Assembly (NCBI RefSeq): GCF_004010195.1
Contig: NW_025215381.1
Coordinates: 439,003 to 469,891 of the forward strand
Length of the DNA: 30,889 nt
Direction of reading: 5' to 3'
Origin: Chiloscyllium plagiosum
Taxonomy: Eukaryota
Positions 1 to 11,249 of this stretch are shown here, in pieces (the first letter of the stretch is position 1; every line of letters starts with the position of its first letter). The notes under the pieces are model-generated. The model was not told the origin of the DNA. It saw only the letters and a program-made list of their open reading frames with translations, and made no database searches. A program made the position numbers and the translations under genes.

Positions 1-107
1 GAAATGTCGATTTTCCTGCTCCTCGGATGCTGCCTGACCTGCTGTGCTTTTCCAGCACCACTCTGATCTAAACTCTGGTTTCCAGCATCTGCAGTCCTCA
101 TTTTTGC
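1..107 (+). mobile_element. Penelope-like element terminal fragment (cut by the window start)
   Basis: gaaatgtcgattttcctgctcctcggatgctgcctgacctgctg...ccagcatctgcagtcctca; near-identical to copies at 1529, 12899 and 13740, and to the inverted tail abutting the PLE RT at 30036. Confidence 0.7.
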
Positions 108-481
108 TTAGGTGCATAGACCTGCCAAATTACTGCATCTTCACATTTCTAAAATTGTTCATTTTTCCATTTCTATATGTGCTCAGTCTCTGGAAGGTTC
201 TCATGAACAGATTGCATCTTTTTCTCTTTGACGGCCTTGCCAGAGAACTGGCAGACAGGTATGTCACCCCACTGTTGGATAGCAAACAGAAGCAAGGACA
301 ATTTTCTTTGCTCGGTCTTTTTCTGTGTAGATGAATAGAACCTGAATTGGTGTTCAGAGGGGAAGAGAATTTCCTTTGGCAGACAGCAACAGGTGCTTAA
401 TGTGCCAGTCCTCCGGGTAATACCTAGAGCCAACTTTCTGACCTCCAATGTAAGCAGAAACATGCCTCGCCGAGCACCTAC

Positions 482-608
482 CCTCTGAACAATCATTGTC
501 CCATCTCCATAGGTGTTGCTGGGTGTATCAGCTGCTGAAGGCTCCTCTTCATCATGCACCACCATTGTGTTTATGCTGTCTGTGTCACCATCTTTGTTAC
601 GGGTTGGT
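482..608 (-). CDS. MINK1: MINK1 internal coding exon (127 nt, phase 2/0): (G)PTRNKDGDTDSINTMVVHDEEEPSAADTPSNTYGDGTMIVQR
   Basis: Acceptor cttcgttttttag|A, donor AGG|gtaggt. Matches MINK1 DGDTDSVSTMVVHD...YGGGTMVVQR. Confidence 0.92.
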
Positions 609-945
609 CTAAAAAACGAAGCCAAAAATTTGAAAAAATTTCAGAAGCAATAGAATTCCCTTTCAGCATCAATATTTCTGTCACTACTTTAGGACTTGGA
701 CTTCACCTACAGTGAAGGGGCTGTCATTATTAGAAAGTCATGGCTGTCATTTTTCAAGGCAAATCATATTACAAACATCTATCCTGTATTTCTTCTTTTA
801 TTCTTTATTCATGCATGGGATGTGGGTGACACTGCTAACAACAGCATTTGTTGCCCTTCCTAATTATTGCTGAATTGAAGGGCTTTGTTGATCATTTCTG
901 AGATTAGTTAGGAGTCAATCACATTGCTGTGGATCCGCTGTCAAA

Positions 946-1397
946 CACGGATTGTTTTCTCTGGAGTGACGGGGGGAGGAGGAAGGGGGGGGGGGGGAGA
1001 AGGGGTGGTGAGGGGAGACTTCACAAAAGTGCATAACATTATGACATTCACAAATAAGGTTGACGGTCAGAATCTATTTCCCAGAGGTGAAATATCTTAT
1101 ACTAAAGGGCATGCATTTAAGGTGAGGGGAAAGGTCAAAGGAAATGTGAGGGACAAGATTTTTTCCCCCCCCCCCCACCCCCCCACAGAGAGTGGTAGAA
1201 ATCTGGAACGCACTGCCAAGGGTAGTGGTGCAGCCAAATAAGACAGGGGAGTGTAAGGGACTTTTCAATAATGAATATGCAGGGAATGGAGGGATATGGA
1301 CTAAGGACAGGCAGAAGAGCTTACTTCAATTTGGCATCATGTTCAACACAATATCTTGGAAAAGGGTTCATTCCTGTGCTGTACTGTTCTATGTTCC
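946..1397 (+). mobile_element. Degraded CR1 LINE 3' end with G- and C-homopolymer expansions
   Basis: Remnant RT C-terminus (RGDF..V..IM...KVD.QNLFPR...TKGHAFKVRG) and a ctgtgctgtactgttctatgttc tail. Confidence 0.65.
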
Positions 1398-1468
1398 CTG
1401 ACTCCAGGTAAACAGACAGTAAATTTCTTTCCCTCAAGGAGCCATTAGTGAGCCAGGTAAGTTTTTAT

Positions 1469-1631
1469 CCAAGGAACAGGAGAATCGACGTTTCGGCATA
1501 AGCCCTTCCTGAAGAAGGGCTTATGCCCGAAACGTCGATTCTCCTGTTCCTTGGATGCTGCCTGACCTGCTGCGCTTTTCCAGCAACACAATTTCAGCTC
1601 TGATCTCCAGCATCTGCAGCCCTCATTTTCT
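1469..1631 (+). mobile_element. Short Penelope-like insertion with inverted 5' arm and target-site duplication
   Basis: Inverted repeat 1467-1508 / 1514-1556; flanked by the direct repeat ccaggtaagtttttat at 1453-1468 and 1632-1647. Confidence 0.8.
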
Positions 1632-1860
1632 CCAGGTAAGTTTTTATGCTAATTGCTGATTGCTTCAGTAAGCATCAATGAAACTAGATTTCACTCCAAA
1701 TTCCTTTTTAATTGATTAGTTGAAACCATTTATTAAATTTAAAGCATAACACCTGCCATGGGCGATACTTGAACCCAGGTGCCAAGGCATTGTGGGTTAC
1801 TGGTTGAGTGACATTACCATGGTGTCATCATTGCCCTGTTGTACACTGATAAACTGTATA

Positions 1861-1995
1861 CAGAACAACCTTGGTTATCTGAACATTAATTAACCGAACA
1901 AGATCTCAAAGGCCCGTAAAAACATTATCCAAACAATCAGTTATCCGAACAATATACTTCCCCTCTGTCTCATTCAGATAATGAAGGTTGTTCAG
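1861..1995. mobile_element. Tc1/mariner-pogo (Tigger-like) MITE, 135 bp
   Basis: TA|cagaacaaccttggttatctgaa ... ttcagataatgaaggttgttcag|TA: 23-bp TIRs (20/23 match), TA duplication and internal ttatccgaac-like repeats. Confidence 0.75.
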
Positions 1996-2179
1996 TATGT
2001 GGAAGCTGGGAGGCTACTGTGCTCCCACAGCTCAATACTCTTGACTATGCTGGCAGATGTAGAATAGCCATTTAACTGAGGCACTAGACAGGACAAACAC
2101 ACAAACCTCTGGGAAGACAGAGTAAGAAATCGGGACTAGGTAATGATAACCTGAAGGCTACTTATTAAATTCACATCCA

Positions 2180-3258
2180 TAGAATATAGAACACAGAACA
2201 TTACAGGCTCTTCGGCCCTCGATGTTGCACCAGCCTGTGGAACTAATCTGAAGCCTATCTAACTGACACTATTCCATTTTCACCCATATGTCTATCCAAT
2301 GACCATTTAAATGCCCTTAAAGTTGGCGAATCTATTACGGTTGCAGGCAGTGCGTTCCACGCTCCTACTACTCTGAGTAAAGAAACTACTTCTGACATCT
2401 GTCCTATCTCTATCACCCCTCAATTTAAAGCTACATCCCCTCGTGCTATCCATCACCATTTGAGGAAAAAGGCTCTCACGATCCACCTGATCAAACCCTC
2501 TGATTATCTTGTATGTCTCAATTAAGTCACCTCTCAACCTTCTTCTCAAAAGAAACCATCTTCATGACCCTCAACCTTTCCTCATAAGACCTTCCCTCCG
2601 TACCAGGCAACACCCTAATAAATCTACTCTACACCCTATCAAAAGCTTCAACATCCTTCTTATAATGCAGTGACCAGAATATTGTACACAATATTCCAAG
2701 TGCAGCTGCACCAGAGTTTTGTACAGATGCAACATGACCTCATGGCTCTGAAACTCAACCCTTCTACCAATAAAAGCTAACACACCATATGCCTTCTTAA
2801 CAACCCAATCAACCTGGGTGGCAACTTTCAGGGATCTATGTACATGGACAGAGATATCTCTGCTCATCTACACTACCAAGAATCTTACCATTAAGCCAGT
2901 ACTCTTTATTCCTGTTGCTCCTTCCAAAGTGAATCACCTCACATTTTTCCACATTAAACTCCATTTGCCACCTCTCAGCCGAGCTCTGCAGCTTATCTAT
3001 GTCCCTCTATAACCTGCAACATCCTTCAGCACTACCCACAACTCCATTTAGAGTCTTCTGCACGTTTACTAACCCATCCTCCTACTCTTTCATCTAGGTC
3101 ATTTCTAAAAATGACAAACATCAGTAACCCCAAAACAGATCCTTGCGGTACCCTACTAGTAACTCAACTCCAGGATGAACATTCTCCATCAACCATATAC
3201 CGCCGCATTTTGTGAAGTAGCCTACCATGGGAACCTTATCAAATGCCTGACTGAAATA
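2180..3258 (-). mobile_element. CR1 LINE, 5'-truncated 3' portion (ORF2 RT remnant plus tail)
   Basis: ORFs 2307-2549 and 2571-2867 (RGDLIETYKIIRG, LYKTLVQLHLEYCVQ) and a (ttcta)-type tail. Confidence 0.9.
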
Positions 3259-3584
3259 AGTGAATCTAAAGCGCTCTTTCCTCCTGCAGTACACGACTGA
3301 CTAGGCATCCTTCTTTTGTTTCAGGTTAGTGTTGTTAGCTTTTACTGGTGTCTTGTTAGCAGTAGCTGGCTGTCTCACTCAGAAGTGACAATAGGTGGAA
3401 GCAGACAGTCATGATGCGGCTAACAAGAACAGCATGCATGATTGCACCTTGCCATTTACTTTGAAACAGTAGCTTGTTACTGGTCAGTGCTGCCATACTG
3501 ACAAAGGAACAGCTCTCCTCATGCTGCCATAATGAGAGGCCTGGTCTCTTTTTACCGGTGAATGAGTCGTTCCTAAAGTGATGA

Positions 3585-4004
3585 GGCATGGGATTGAGGG
3601 CGATTTAGCGGTTTAGATCAGAAATTGACTAATTGTAAAAAGACAGAGGGTGGTGGCTGATGGCAAATGTTCTTCCTGGAGTTCAGTTACTAGTGGTGTA
3701 CCACAAGGATCTGTTGTGGGGCCATTGCTGTTCGTCATTTTTATAAATGACCTGGATGAGGGCATAGAAGGAGGTTAGTAAATTTGCAGATGACACGAAG
3801 GTCAGCGGAGTTGTGGATAGTGCTGAAGGATGTTGCAGGTTACACAGGGACATAGATAAAATGCAGAGTTGGGCTGAGAGGTGGCAAATGGAGGTTAATG
3901 CAGAAAAGTGTGAGCTGATTCACTTTTGGAAGGTGCAACAGGAGTATGGGCTAATGGTTTCACAGCTTGGCCAAAGAGCCTGTACTGCACCATAACGTTC
4001 TATG
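3585..4004 (+). mobile_element. CR1 LINE fragment, internally deleted (RT core joined directly to the 3' tail)
   Basis: [21 protein letters not shown] and FADDTK coding sequence, followed abruptly by ggccaaagagcctgtactgc...gttctatg. Confidence 0.85.
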
Positions 4005-4055
4005 AGGTAGCTGAGCTGCCCAGCCAGTTAGGTCCAGAGCACAGGAAGTACTCAC

Positions 4056-4231
4056 CCTGATCTGGAGCCATCAGAGCTGGACAGATTCTCATCTTGATGC
4101 TCGTTGTCACCTTCTTCCTCCTCGTCATCACTGCTGCCAGAGTCCTCACTGGAAGACGAGTAGTCCATCACTTTAACTGGTGGTTTGGGCAGCTCGTCTG
4201 ACCGGATCTCTTTCCCCAGGTTCAGCATGTC
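4056..4231 (-). CDS. MINK1: MINK1 internal coding exon (176 nt, phase 0/2): DMLNLGKEIRSDELPKPPVKVMDYSSSSEDSGSSDDEEEEG...SRS
   Basis: Acceptor gtctttctaaag|GAC, donor GG|gtgagt. Contains the GCK-IV family DYSSSSE motif followed by an acidic run. Confidence 0.92.
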
Positions 4232-5422
4232 CTTTAGAAAGACATTAAACTCTCTCAATCTGGCAAGATAATCCAGGTAAAACACAAGGTCTTTACAACA
4301 ACCAGCCAGCCTACTTGTTCGGCTAACCTTCTAGAGTTCCCACACATCTGACAATATAGGTTTTTTGCTCTGATCATAGCAAGCTAACAAAGAATTACAT
4401 GACTTCAAAACACTTGACAACAGACAAGCTCAAGTGAACCTTAACAGAAATTATACATTCTCTATTGAGATCCCTTCATGAAACCGAGAAGAAATATTCC
4501 ATGCTGATATGAAAGTTGACTTGTTACATGGGAGGATCACTCATCTGATTGCTTCTTTCATTCCACCCAGCAGCTACATATAGCTATTCCAATGTGAACA
4601 CTATCAGCAGTTACAAGCTCACTATAAGATTCTTTTGCAACATTAAACTTGCTGTTAAGCCCAGAAATAATGTCTCTAACGCTCTCTCTGGTTTTATTCA
4701 GAGCATTAATTATTCGACTTGCAAGAAAGAATTTACTTATATTCGTGACCCCGCATACCCTCATCCAATTTACAATAAGATTTCGATATCCTCAGTCAAT
4801 GCTTTCCATCTTATCAAGTTTGTACACCGTAAAGGTCATCTCTTAGTTATGCTCTCTCTCTGACCAAAAGGCCCAGATTTAACTTGTGTTTTGAGATAAA
4901 TAACTGGGGAAAGACTGCCGGTCTTTGGGTTAATAGCAGGGGAGTGCAAATACTTGTAAAGCTTGTAGTTTCCATAACATCTCACAGCTCAGGCCTTTGA
5001 CATGGTCAGCCATGAGGCTTTCCTCTGCAATATCCTCAATGCTCAGAAAATTCCTTTGTACCACAAAGATCAGAAGTGGACATGATATTCCTGTCATAGT
5101 GTAACCACAGCACTGTACTGTTTAATTCCTTTCTTGACCAGACACTAACATTTTGGCTTCTGGGATCAACAATGACTTTTGATTGACTGCAGCAAAGAAG
5201 CAGCCACAATAACCAAGACTCCCAGGTTTCTTTCACCATCACCCTGAGCTGCTTTGACCCCATCAATGCTGTTAGTATTGGTAAGTGTACGCATGTGAAC
5301 AAGGAGAGAATTTCTATCAAGTTATAAAGCTGAACGTCAAACCAAAGCAAATACAATCCAACATATCCAACAAATGTCAGATGTAAAAGCGAGCTTACAG
5401 TAAAATATAGATTGACACTAAC

Positions 5423-5446
5423 CTCACCTATTGCCCTCTTATAGCT
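5423..5446 (-). CDS. MINK1: MINK1 24-nt microexon (phase 0/0): SYKRAIGE
   Basis: Acceptor ttgccactcctcag|AGC, donor GAG|gttagt. Same 8 residues as the recalled MINK1 cassette insert (TNIK equivalent SYKKAIDE), lying at the expected position between RPGRPA and the D-starting exon. Confidence 0.88.
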
Positions 5447-8400
5447 CTGAGGAGTGGCAATGTTTTGAAGACAAAAAGGAAGAAGGCACAAAGTTATTTA
5501 AAAATAAATTGACATCACACATCATTAAACTAATTCAAATTCAATATTGCAGCCAGAACACGCTCAAAGTCATACCTAGAAGACAAAATGAATGGCAGGA
5601 GAGTTTCAGAAGAGAACAGAAAATCAAGTTTAGAATGACAGGATATACAGAGTGGCTTAAATTGCAACGTGGTCCAATTTCTTACATTCGACTGGAGGAG
5701 GATTTGCACTCTTCACACAACCTTGAGTATCTTTGTAGGTAAAGCAGATTGGATGCAGTGATTTAATTATGTGACAGAGCATATCAAAAACTGTTCAGGT
5801 ACTAGGAGTGCAACTTGCTTCTGCACAGGGCTGGAGGAAGATAGAACTGGTAGATGAATCTGGGGCACGAGGTGCAACTCCAAATGTCAGCTTTCTGTGA
5901 AGTGAGAATCAGAGCAATTCATCTGTGATGACCTGGCTGAGGGCTGGCAAATGGATATTTCTTGCAAGGAGATCTCAAGTTGCAAAGGGCAGGAGTTTTG
6001 TGTTAATTTACAGAAAGGCTGTAGGTACACTGACCAGGTTTACATTTATTGCCCATCTCCAATTGGCCTGAATTACCACCTTGAACCACTGTAGTTCTTA
6101 GGGTGTAGAAATAACATTGTAGTAGTTCTAAGTCAGGAAGGTATGTGACCTAGAAAGGAACTTCCAATGGTGCTGTTCCCAGGCATCTGCTACCCTTCAT
6201 CTTCTAGGTGTTTTGGCCTGCAATAATATTTCACACACTCTTATACTATTTAGTGGTGTCAGCTTCCCTCCCCTGGCTAAGATGAGAAGTAACTGAGTCA
6301 CACAAACCAGGAAGGCCCTAAGTGAAAGCCAGCTGAAATAACTACAGGCATGATGAACCTCTTGTGTATGCACCAGTTGTTCATAATTATAAAAACAGGC
6401 GGATGCTACTCAACCTATCAAGCCTGTGCTATCATTCAATTTTACCTGGCTGACTTGTACTTGAACTCCATCGATCCATCTTGGTTCTGTCATACTCAAT
6501 AAACCTGACCAAAGTAAGATGCATCAACTTCAATTCTGAATCCTTCAAATGCGCACCAGCTTTTTAGTAGGGCAAGAGATTGCCACAACCATGTGAAGAG
6601 CTGTTCAAGGTTTTGCTTGCTTATTCTGTACTTTCCCAAACTTAATCTTTTAATCATTGTAAAATATCTTGATTTGATCGATTTTCTCAAGTTGAAGACA
6701 AGTCATCGACTATTTTTGAAAAAGGTGTGTGTTATCTCTTGTGACTCTGCTAATCGAGGGACATGGTGAGTAACTTATACATATGTTTCAAAAGAAGGGG
6801 CAATAAAACATACTTCTCAAGCAAGGGGAGCAGCTTGGGCATTCAATCTGAAGATTACGCAAACAAAGACAGTAGCAAGAGTCAGTGATTAAGGTTGTTC
6901 AGAGTGCAGCTCAATTTAAGTCAATCAACTCAGTGGTAAGCTTATGGTTGATTACACTGACTGCAAGTAGACTTACTTTGCTTTTCACAGACAGTTCGCC
7001 GCATCATTACATTTGCAACAATGCATGTTACTTAACAATCAATAAGGAGGTATTTCAAACAGAATACTTGGCAAGTTCCTTTAGGAGGCTCTGCTATCAC
7101 AGTGGGGAGGCACACAGGGCAGTTCCTAATTGTTTCACTTCATTTACAATCCAAGACACTTGAAGGGTGAGGAACCCATGTCAGGAAACAGAATACACTC
7201 CTGAATTGTTCAAGCTTCAGTGGACAATGTAATCTGGGCTACACTTAGAGCAATCTTCCTTCTCTTCTCTGGCTAAAAAAAAACACAATGCGCTTTACAA
7301 AACTGTGATTATTTTACTCCTCCAATTTCCTGGACCACCAGTCTGATTCAGATTGCTGACTCAGCGACAATTCATGCCGAGTTGCATTGTGTTGGTTCTG
7401 ACCGCTCGACAGAATGGAGGATAGTCCCCTCACTTAGACTCCATCAGTGACATATGTCACTCCAGCAGCATTCACTGTGGCGTTTGCCAAATCTACAAAT
7501 GTTTGAAATGCCCTCAATCAAAGGCTGCAGTCGGAATAAACCTGAGATCACAGGTTGAAGGGGTATTGATTGCTGCGCAATGCATACGTTTAGATGCTAG
7601 CCTAAATGCTAGGAAAATGAGACAAATAGCTGCAAATAATTATTTCAAGATGTACTGGCTGCTGCCACATTGGAAAACTTAGCCATTCATCTTTACACAG
7701 ATCAATAATTAATGCCTCTCTTTGATGACACTGGTTGAGGGAGGAACACTGGAACAGGGGAGATGTATTTTGTCATGGTCATAGGAGAGGGCAAGACCAT
7801 ACTTGAAGGATTATACCCCTGGTGATGTGGCACACCATAAGGACTGTCCAGGAGTATTTGCTTAATTAATGTGCTCAACTCCAACCTTCTGCCAGAAGGA
7901 GCAGTAATGGTGACTGAGCCATTCTAATGTATTTTTAAAAAGTCTACGTAAAACTAAATTTACAAACTCTCTCTCAGCACAGCAACAGGTTATTTAGTCC
8001 AATTGATCCATAGGGGAGGTGATGTTTCACATGAACCACCTTCCAGTCTCTAAAAAAGTATATTAAATTTTACATGCTATCTGTAAACGGTGCTTTAATA
8101 TTGAATTGGGAGAATGTTAGGTAGATCCCACTTTACAAATTCAGGTGACTAATTTGTTTTTCAAAAAAGCTGTAATGGTAAGTTAAAGCAACAAAGCAAA
8201 ACAAAAATCCCAGCACTTAAGACAAAGGGGGAAAACAAAAATGAAGTCATTTTTCATTTAAGCAGAACACATCAAATGGACCACTTTGCTTAGTTTCCAC
8301 AGAAGCACACATCCTGCCTTGTAAATTTGAGAACTGTCAGCGAAGAGTTTTCTGCATTGTAACAAAGTTTAAGGATATCCCGAGGGCTTCCTCTCATAAG

Positions 8401-8624
8401 CAACAATGTAGGATTTCTTCAAAAGGGAGGAATTGTTTCATGTTCTGAAAGCATGAATGAGAGGCTAACCTCCTAGAATTCCCAACGTTGATAAAAAGCC
8501 AGAACATGGATGAACCGTAACTGAGCTCAGTCACTTTAGCATAGAGGGGACTGTCTTACAACTTCACAAAGTGACTGACCCACAATTTCAACCTCCTACA
8601 TTATTAGTCAGTGTTCACACTTAC

Positions 8625-8722
8625 TGCAGGTCTGCCGGGTCGTGAGGTAGTACGTATCTCCTCTGGCTTTCTGCGGTTTGTATCCTGAGAGAGGACTGGC
8701 GATCCTTCAGGCTTGGAGGAAG
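8625..8722 (-). CDS. MINK1: MINK1 internal coding exon (98 nt, phase 1/0): (T)SSKPEGSPVLSQDTNRRKPEEIRTTSRPGRPA
   Basis: Not in the ORF track; translated by hand. Acceptor catcaacag|CT, donor GCA|gtaagt. Matches MINK1 SSKPDSSPVLS...SRPGRPA, and phases fit both neighbours. Confidence 0.9.
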
Positions 8723-9539
8723 CTGTTGATGTGTGGGTGTGGGGGTAGAAAGAAGGGAAAAAGAAAGTAGCAAGTTAACAACTGTAAGCTAACAAAGAGC
8801 ACAAGGCAAGTTAAGGTCACCAATGTTTCGAATCTAAAGAAATAACCTTGAGTCGAGCATTTATCTAGGTTTTAAGCATTCCTGACAATGTCACCTCTCA
8901 AATCAACCCACATTGTTAAACATATTGGGGTCAAAAACATCCAAATAATACAATGTCCGCATTGAAGACTACCTTTCATATCTTCTATGTGCCAAAGCCA
9001 CTTAGTTCTGTTCAAAGTACAATTAGTATCACAATGTAAAAACATCACGTTCAGCCCAATTGAACAATGCTGTTAGTGCTTCATATGAGGGTTCTCTCTC
9101 TTGACTTCCCTCTCAAATTAACTTTCTTCTTCTTTCTCCACCATCTACTTATATAGCTTTCTTTTAAGCACTTTTTCCCCTCAACCATTCATTGTGACAG
9201 TATAGTCTTACCATTCATTAAATAAAGACAGCTCTCCCGATTCCTTGCTGGATTTATTCCTTGTAACCTACAATTACTCTAGGCATACAGGAAGAGCAAG
9301 AAAGGCTCACCGGGCCGACTCCTGGGATGATTCACTGGCATTTCGAAGAACAAGAGCGGATTTCATTGAAACATATAAAATTCTATCAAGGCCAGATCCA
9401 ACGCAAGCATGATGTTCTCTCTGACTTTTGTTTGGGGGGGGGGGGGGGTGGAATGAGGTTTTGGTTCCAGAGCAAGAGATCATCATGCTTTCAGGATACA
9501 GGCTCAGCTATTTTGGACTGAGACGAGGGGAGATTCCTT

Positions 9540-9868
9540 GGCTCAACCAATGGTAAACCACATGTCACTATTTGAGAAAGGGACCTAGGTTCAATTCCCT
9601 TGAGTGACTATTTACATGGAGTTTGCACATTCTCCCCATGTCCACATTGGAAGGTGTTCCAGTTTCCTTCCATCTAATGTCCACATCTTTAGACTGTGAA
9701 GTGACCAAAAAAACAAATTGCCCCATAGTTTTCAGGGATGTGCAGGCTAGGTATGTTAACTATAGTAAATATGTAGTTATGGGGATTGGGTGGGATGCTT
9801 TTCAGACGGTTAGTGCAGACTCGATAGGCCAAATGGCCACTCTGTACGGTAGGGATTCTATGATTCTA
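9540..9868 (+). mobile_element. Degraded HE1-type V-SINE
   Basis: B-box ggttcaattcc, V-domain tggagtttgcacattctccccatgtc and tail gattctatgattcta. Confidence 0.7.
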
Positions 9869-9910
9869 AGGCCATCAAGGAGTACAGGCAGAAAGCAAGG
9901 ATATGACCTG

Positions 9911-10589
9911 TGTTATGAAGTTGTTACATGTGTTCTATGCACTGTACCTTTAAGGGAGTCAATGCTGTTCCAAATTTAGAGATGACAAGTACCTGTGTAT
10001 GTGACTAGATGATAGTCCCAGAGTGTGCTGGAAAATTGAAAGTATGTAACATTTGGATGGGAAATGGATACTTGAGTTTTGGTTGCTGTTTTGACAACAA
10101 TTCAAGTGGGATATAAAATGTGGACATTTTGAAAATTGATCAGAGCAACTGCTGTAAAGAAAGAACGTGCAAAGCTAATTGCCCATCTAACATCTTGCTC
10201 TCCAATAGATTAGGGAAGCATTCTCGGTCAACGGTATGAAACATCCTTGCAGTAAAAAGAAAGCCAACGACCCAGGCAAATCAGTAGCCAGAAGAAGAGG
10301 GACACAGAAGACAACTGTGTGGCTTTGAAATTAAGTTGATGTAATTCTATTAAGTGGAACAGCATATTGTTACAGTTGGAGGCAGATAGGCAACAGTTAA
10401 GGGAAAGGGGCTTTAGAGTTGCGAATAGTTTAATTTATATTTTTTGAGTTAAAAATAAATTGATGTTATTTTCTTTAAATAGTGGGAGTTGGGAGTTCTC
10501 TGTCACTCATTTTAACAAATTACTAGGCAAGGTGAGTTTTTCTGGGTGTTTGGTATAATTAACAGAGGGTTCACCTCAATGTCGTAATA
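9911..10589. mobile_element. Solo LTR (Gypsy-like), 679 bp
   Basis: Ends TGTTATGA...TCGTAATA (imperfect terminal inverted repeat), 4-bp TSD cctg at 9907-9910 and 10590-10593, internal aataaa. The rejoined flanks read as a CR1 3' tail. Confidence 0.65.
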
Positions 10590-10764
10590 CCTGTGAATGA
10601 TGGAGCAGGTTTAATTGGCTGACTGGCCTACTGCTGCTTTTTAATGTCGACGTCAGCTGAGGAGTTGACCTTTGCAGCCTTGAAAAATCCCTCCAAGAAC
10701 AATGAAGGTGGATTTACATGCCAAGTATGAACTTGGCAAAGAAACAGTTGGTTTTTGTGCAGAA

Positions 10765-10877
10765 GTTAGCTTTTCCCTAACTACCATCAGTTGAGGAAGA
10801 GTCACCAGACCCAAAACGTTAACTCTGATCTCTCGCCACAGATGCTGCCAGACGTTTTCGAGCAATTCCTCTTTTGT
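10765..10877 (+). mobile_element. Terminal fragment of a second Penelope-like subfamily with a decayed hammerhead motif
   Basis: cagttgaggaagagtcaccagacccaaaacgttaactctg...cacagatgctgccagac; same layout as the other PLE tails, with core substitutions. Confidence 0.55.
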
Positions 10878-11249
10878 AATTAAAGGGTGTCGTCTTAAAC
10901 ACAGCAATGGCTGACTCTTGAATCAAGGATAAGTAATAAATGCTGGCCGAGCCAGTGATGATGTTATCTGTGAATGAATGAATTTACAAATAAACTGGGT
11001 TACCCTTATGCTGTGATCTATGGTATGATCCCTCATTTTGATATTTTGCACAAGTAAAAATATTTTCTCTGCATCTACCCAAAAGCCTTTCACAATCTAC
11101 GAGTAGAACAAAGCTCGATAGGCAGACAACTCTGCTTAGGAAAAGCCGTCTCAGGGCAATCTGAATGCAAGTTGGGATGAGTCAAAGATGGACAGTGGAG
11201 GCTAATAGATAGGACCCTGCATATTGATCATTATTTTCCATACTTTTTT

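Larger units (their letters stand above)
805..1836 (-). mobile_element. Old SacSINE1/DeuSINE-like SINE, interrupted by two later insertions
   Basis: Segments 805-945, 1402-1468 and 1632-1836 are colinear with the copies at 21545-21827 and 22765-23142 (gagtcaa..cattgctgtgga, ccaggtaa, cattagtgagcc, ttgaaccc, gtgacattacca). Boundaries are approximate. Confidence 0.6.

Noticed and set aside
173..625. 150-aa minus-strand ORF as a standalone gene
   Set aside because: Only 482-608 is bounded by splice sites and MINK1-like; the rest is intronic read-through. The same applies to ORFs 5036-5491, 25239-25697 and 26012-26464.
971..1184. G-run and C-run as a functional G-quadruplex or duplex
   Set aside because: They are homopolymer expansions inside a decayed CR1, and nothing supports a function.
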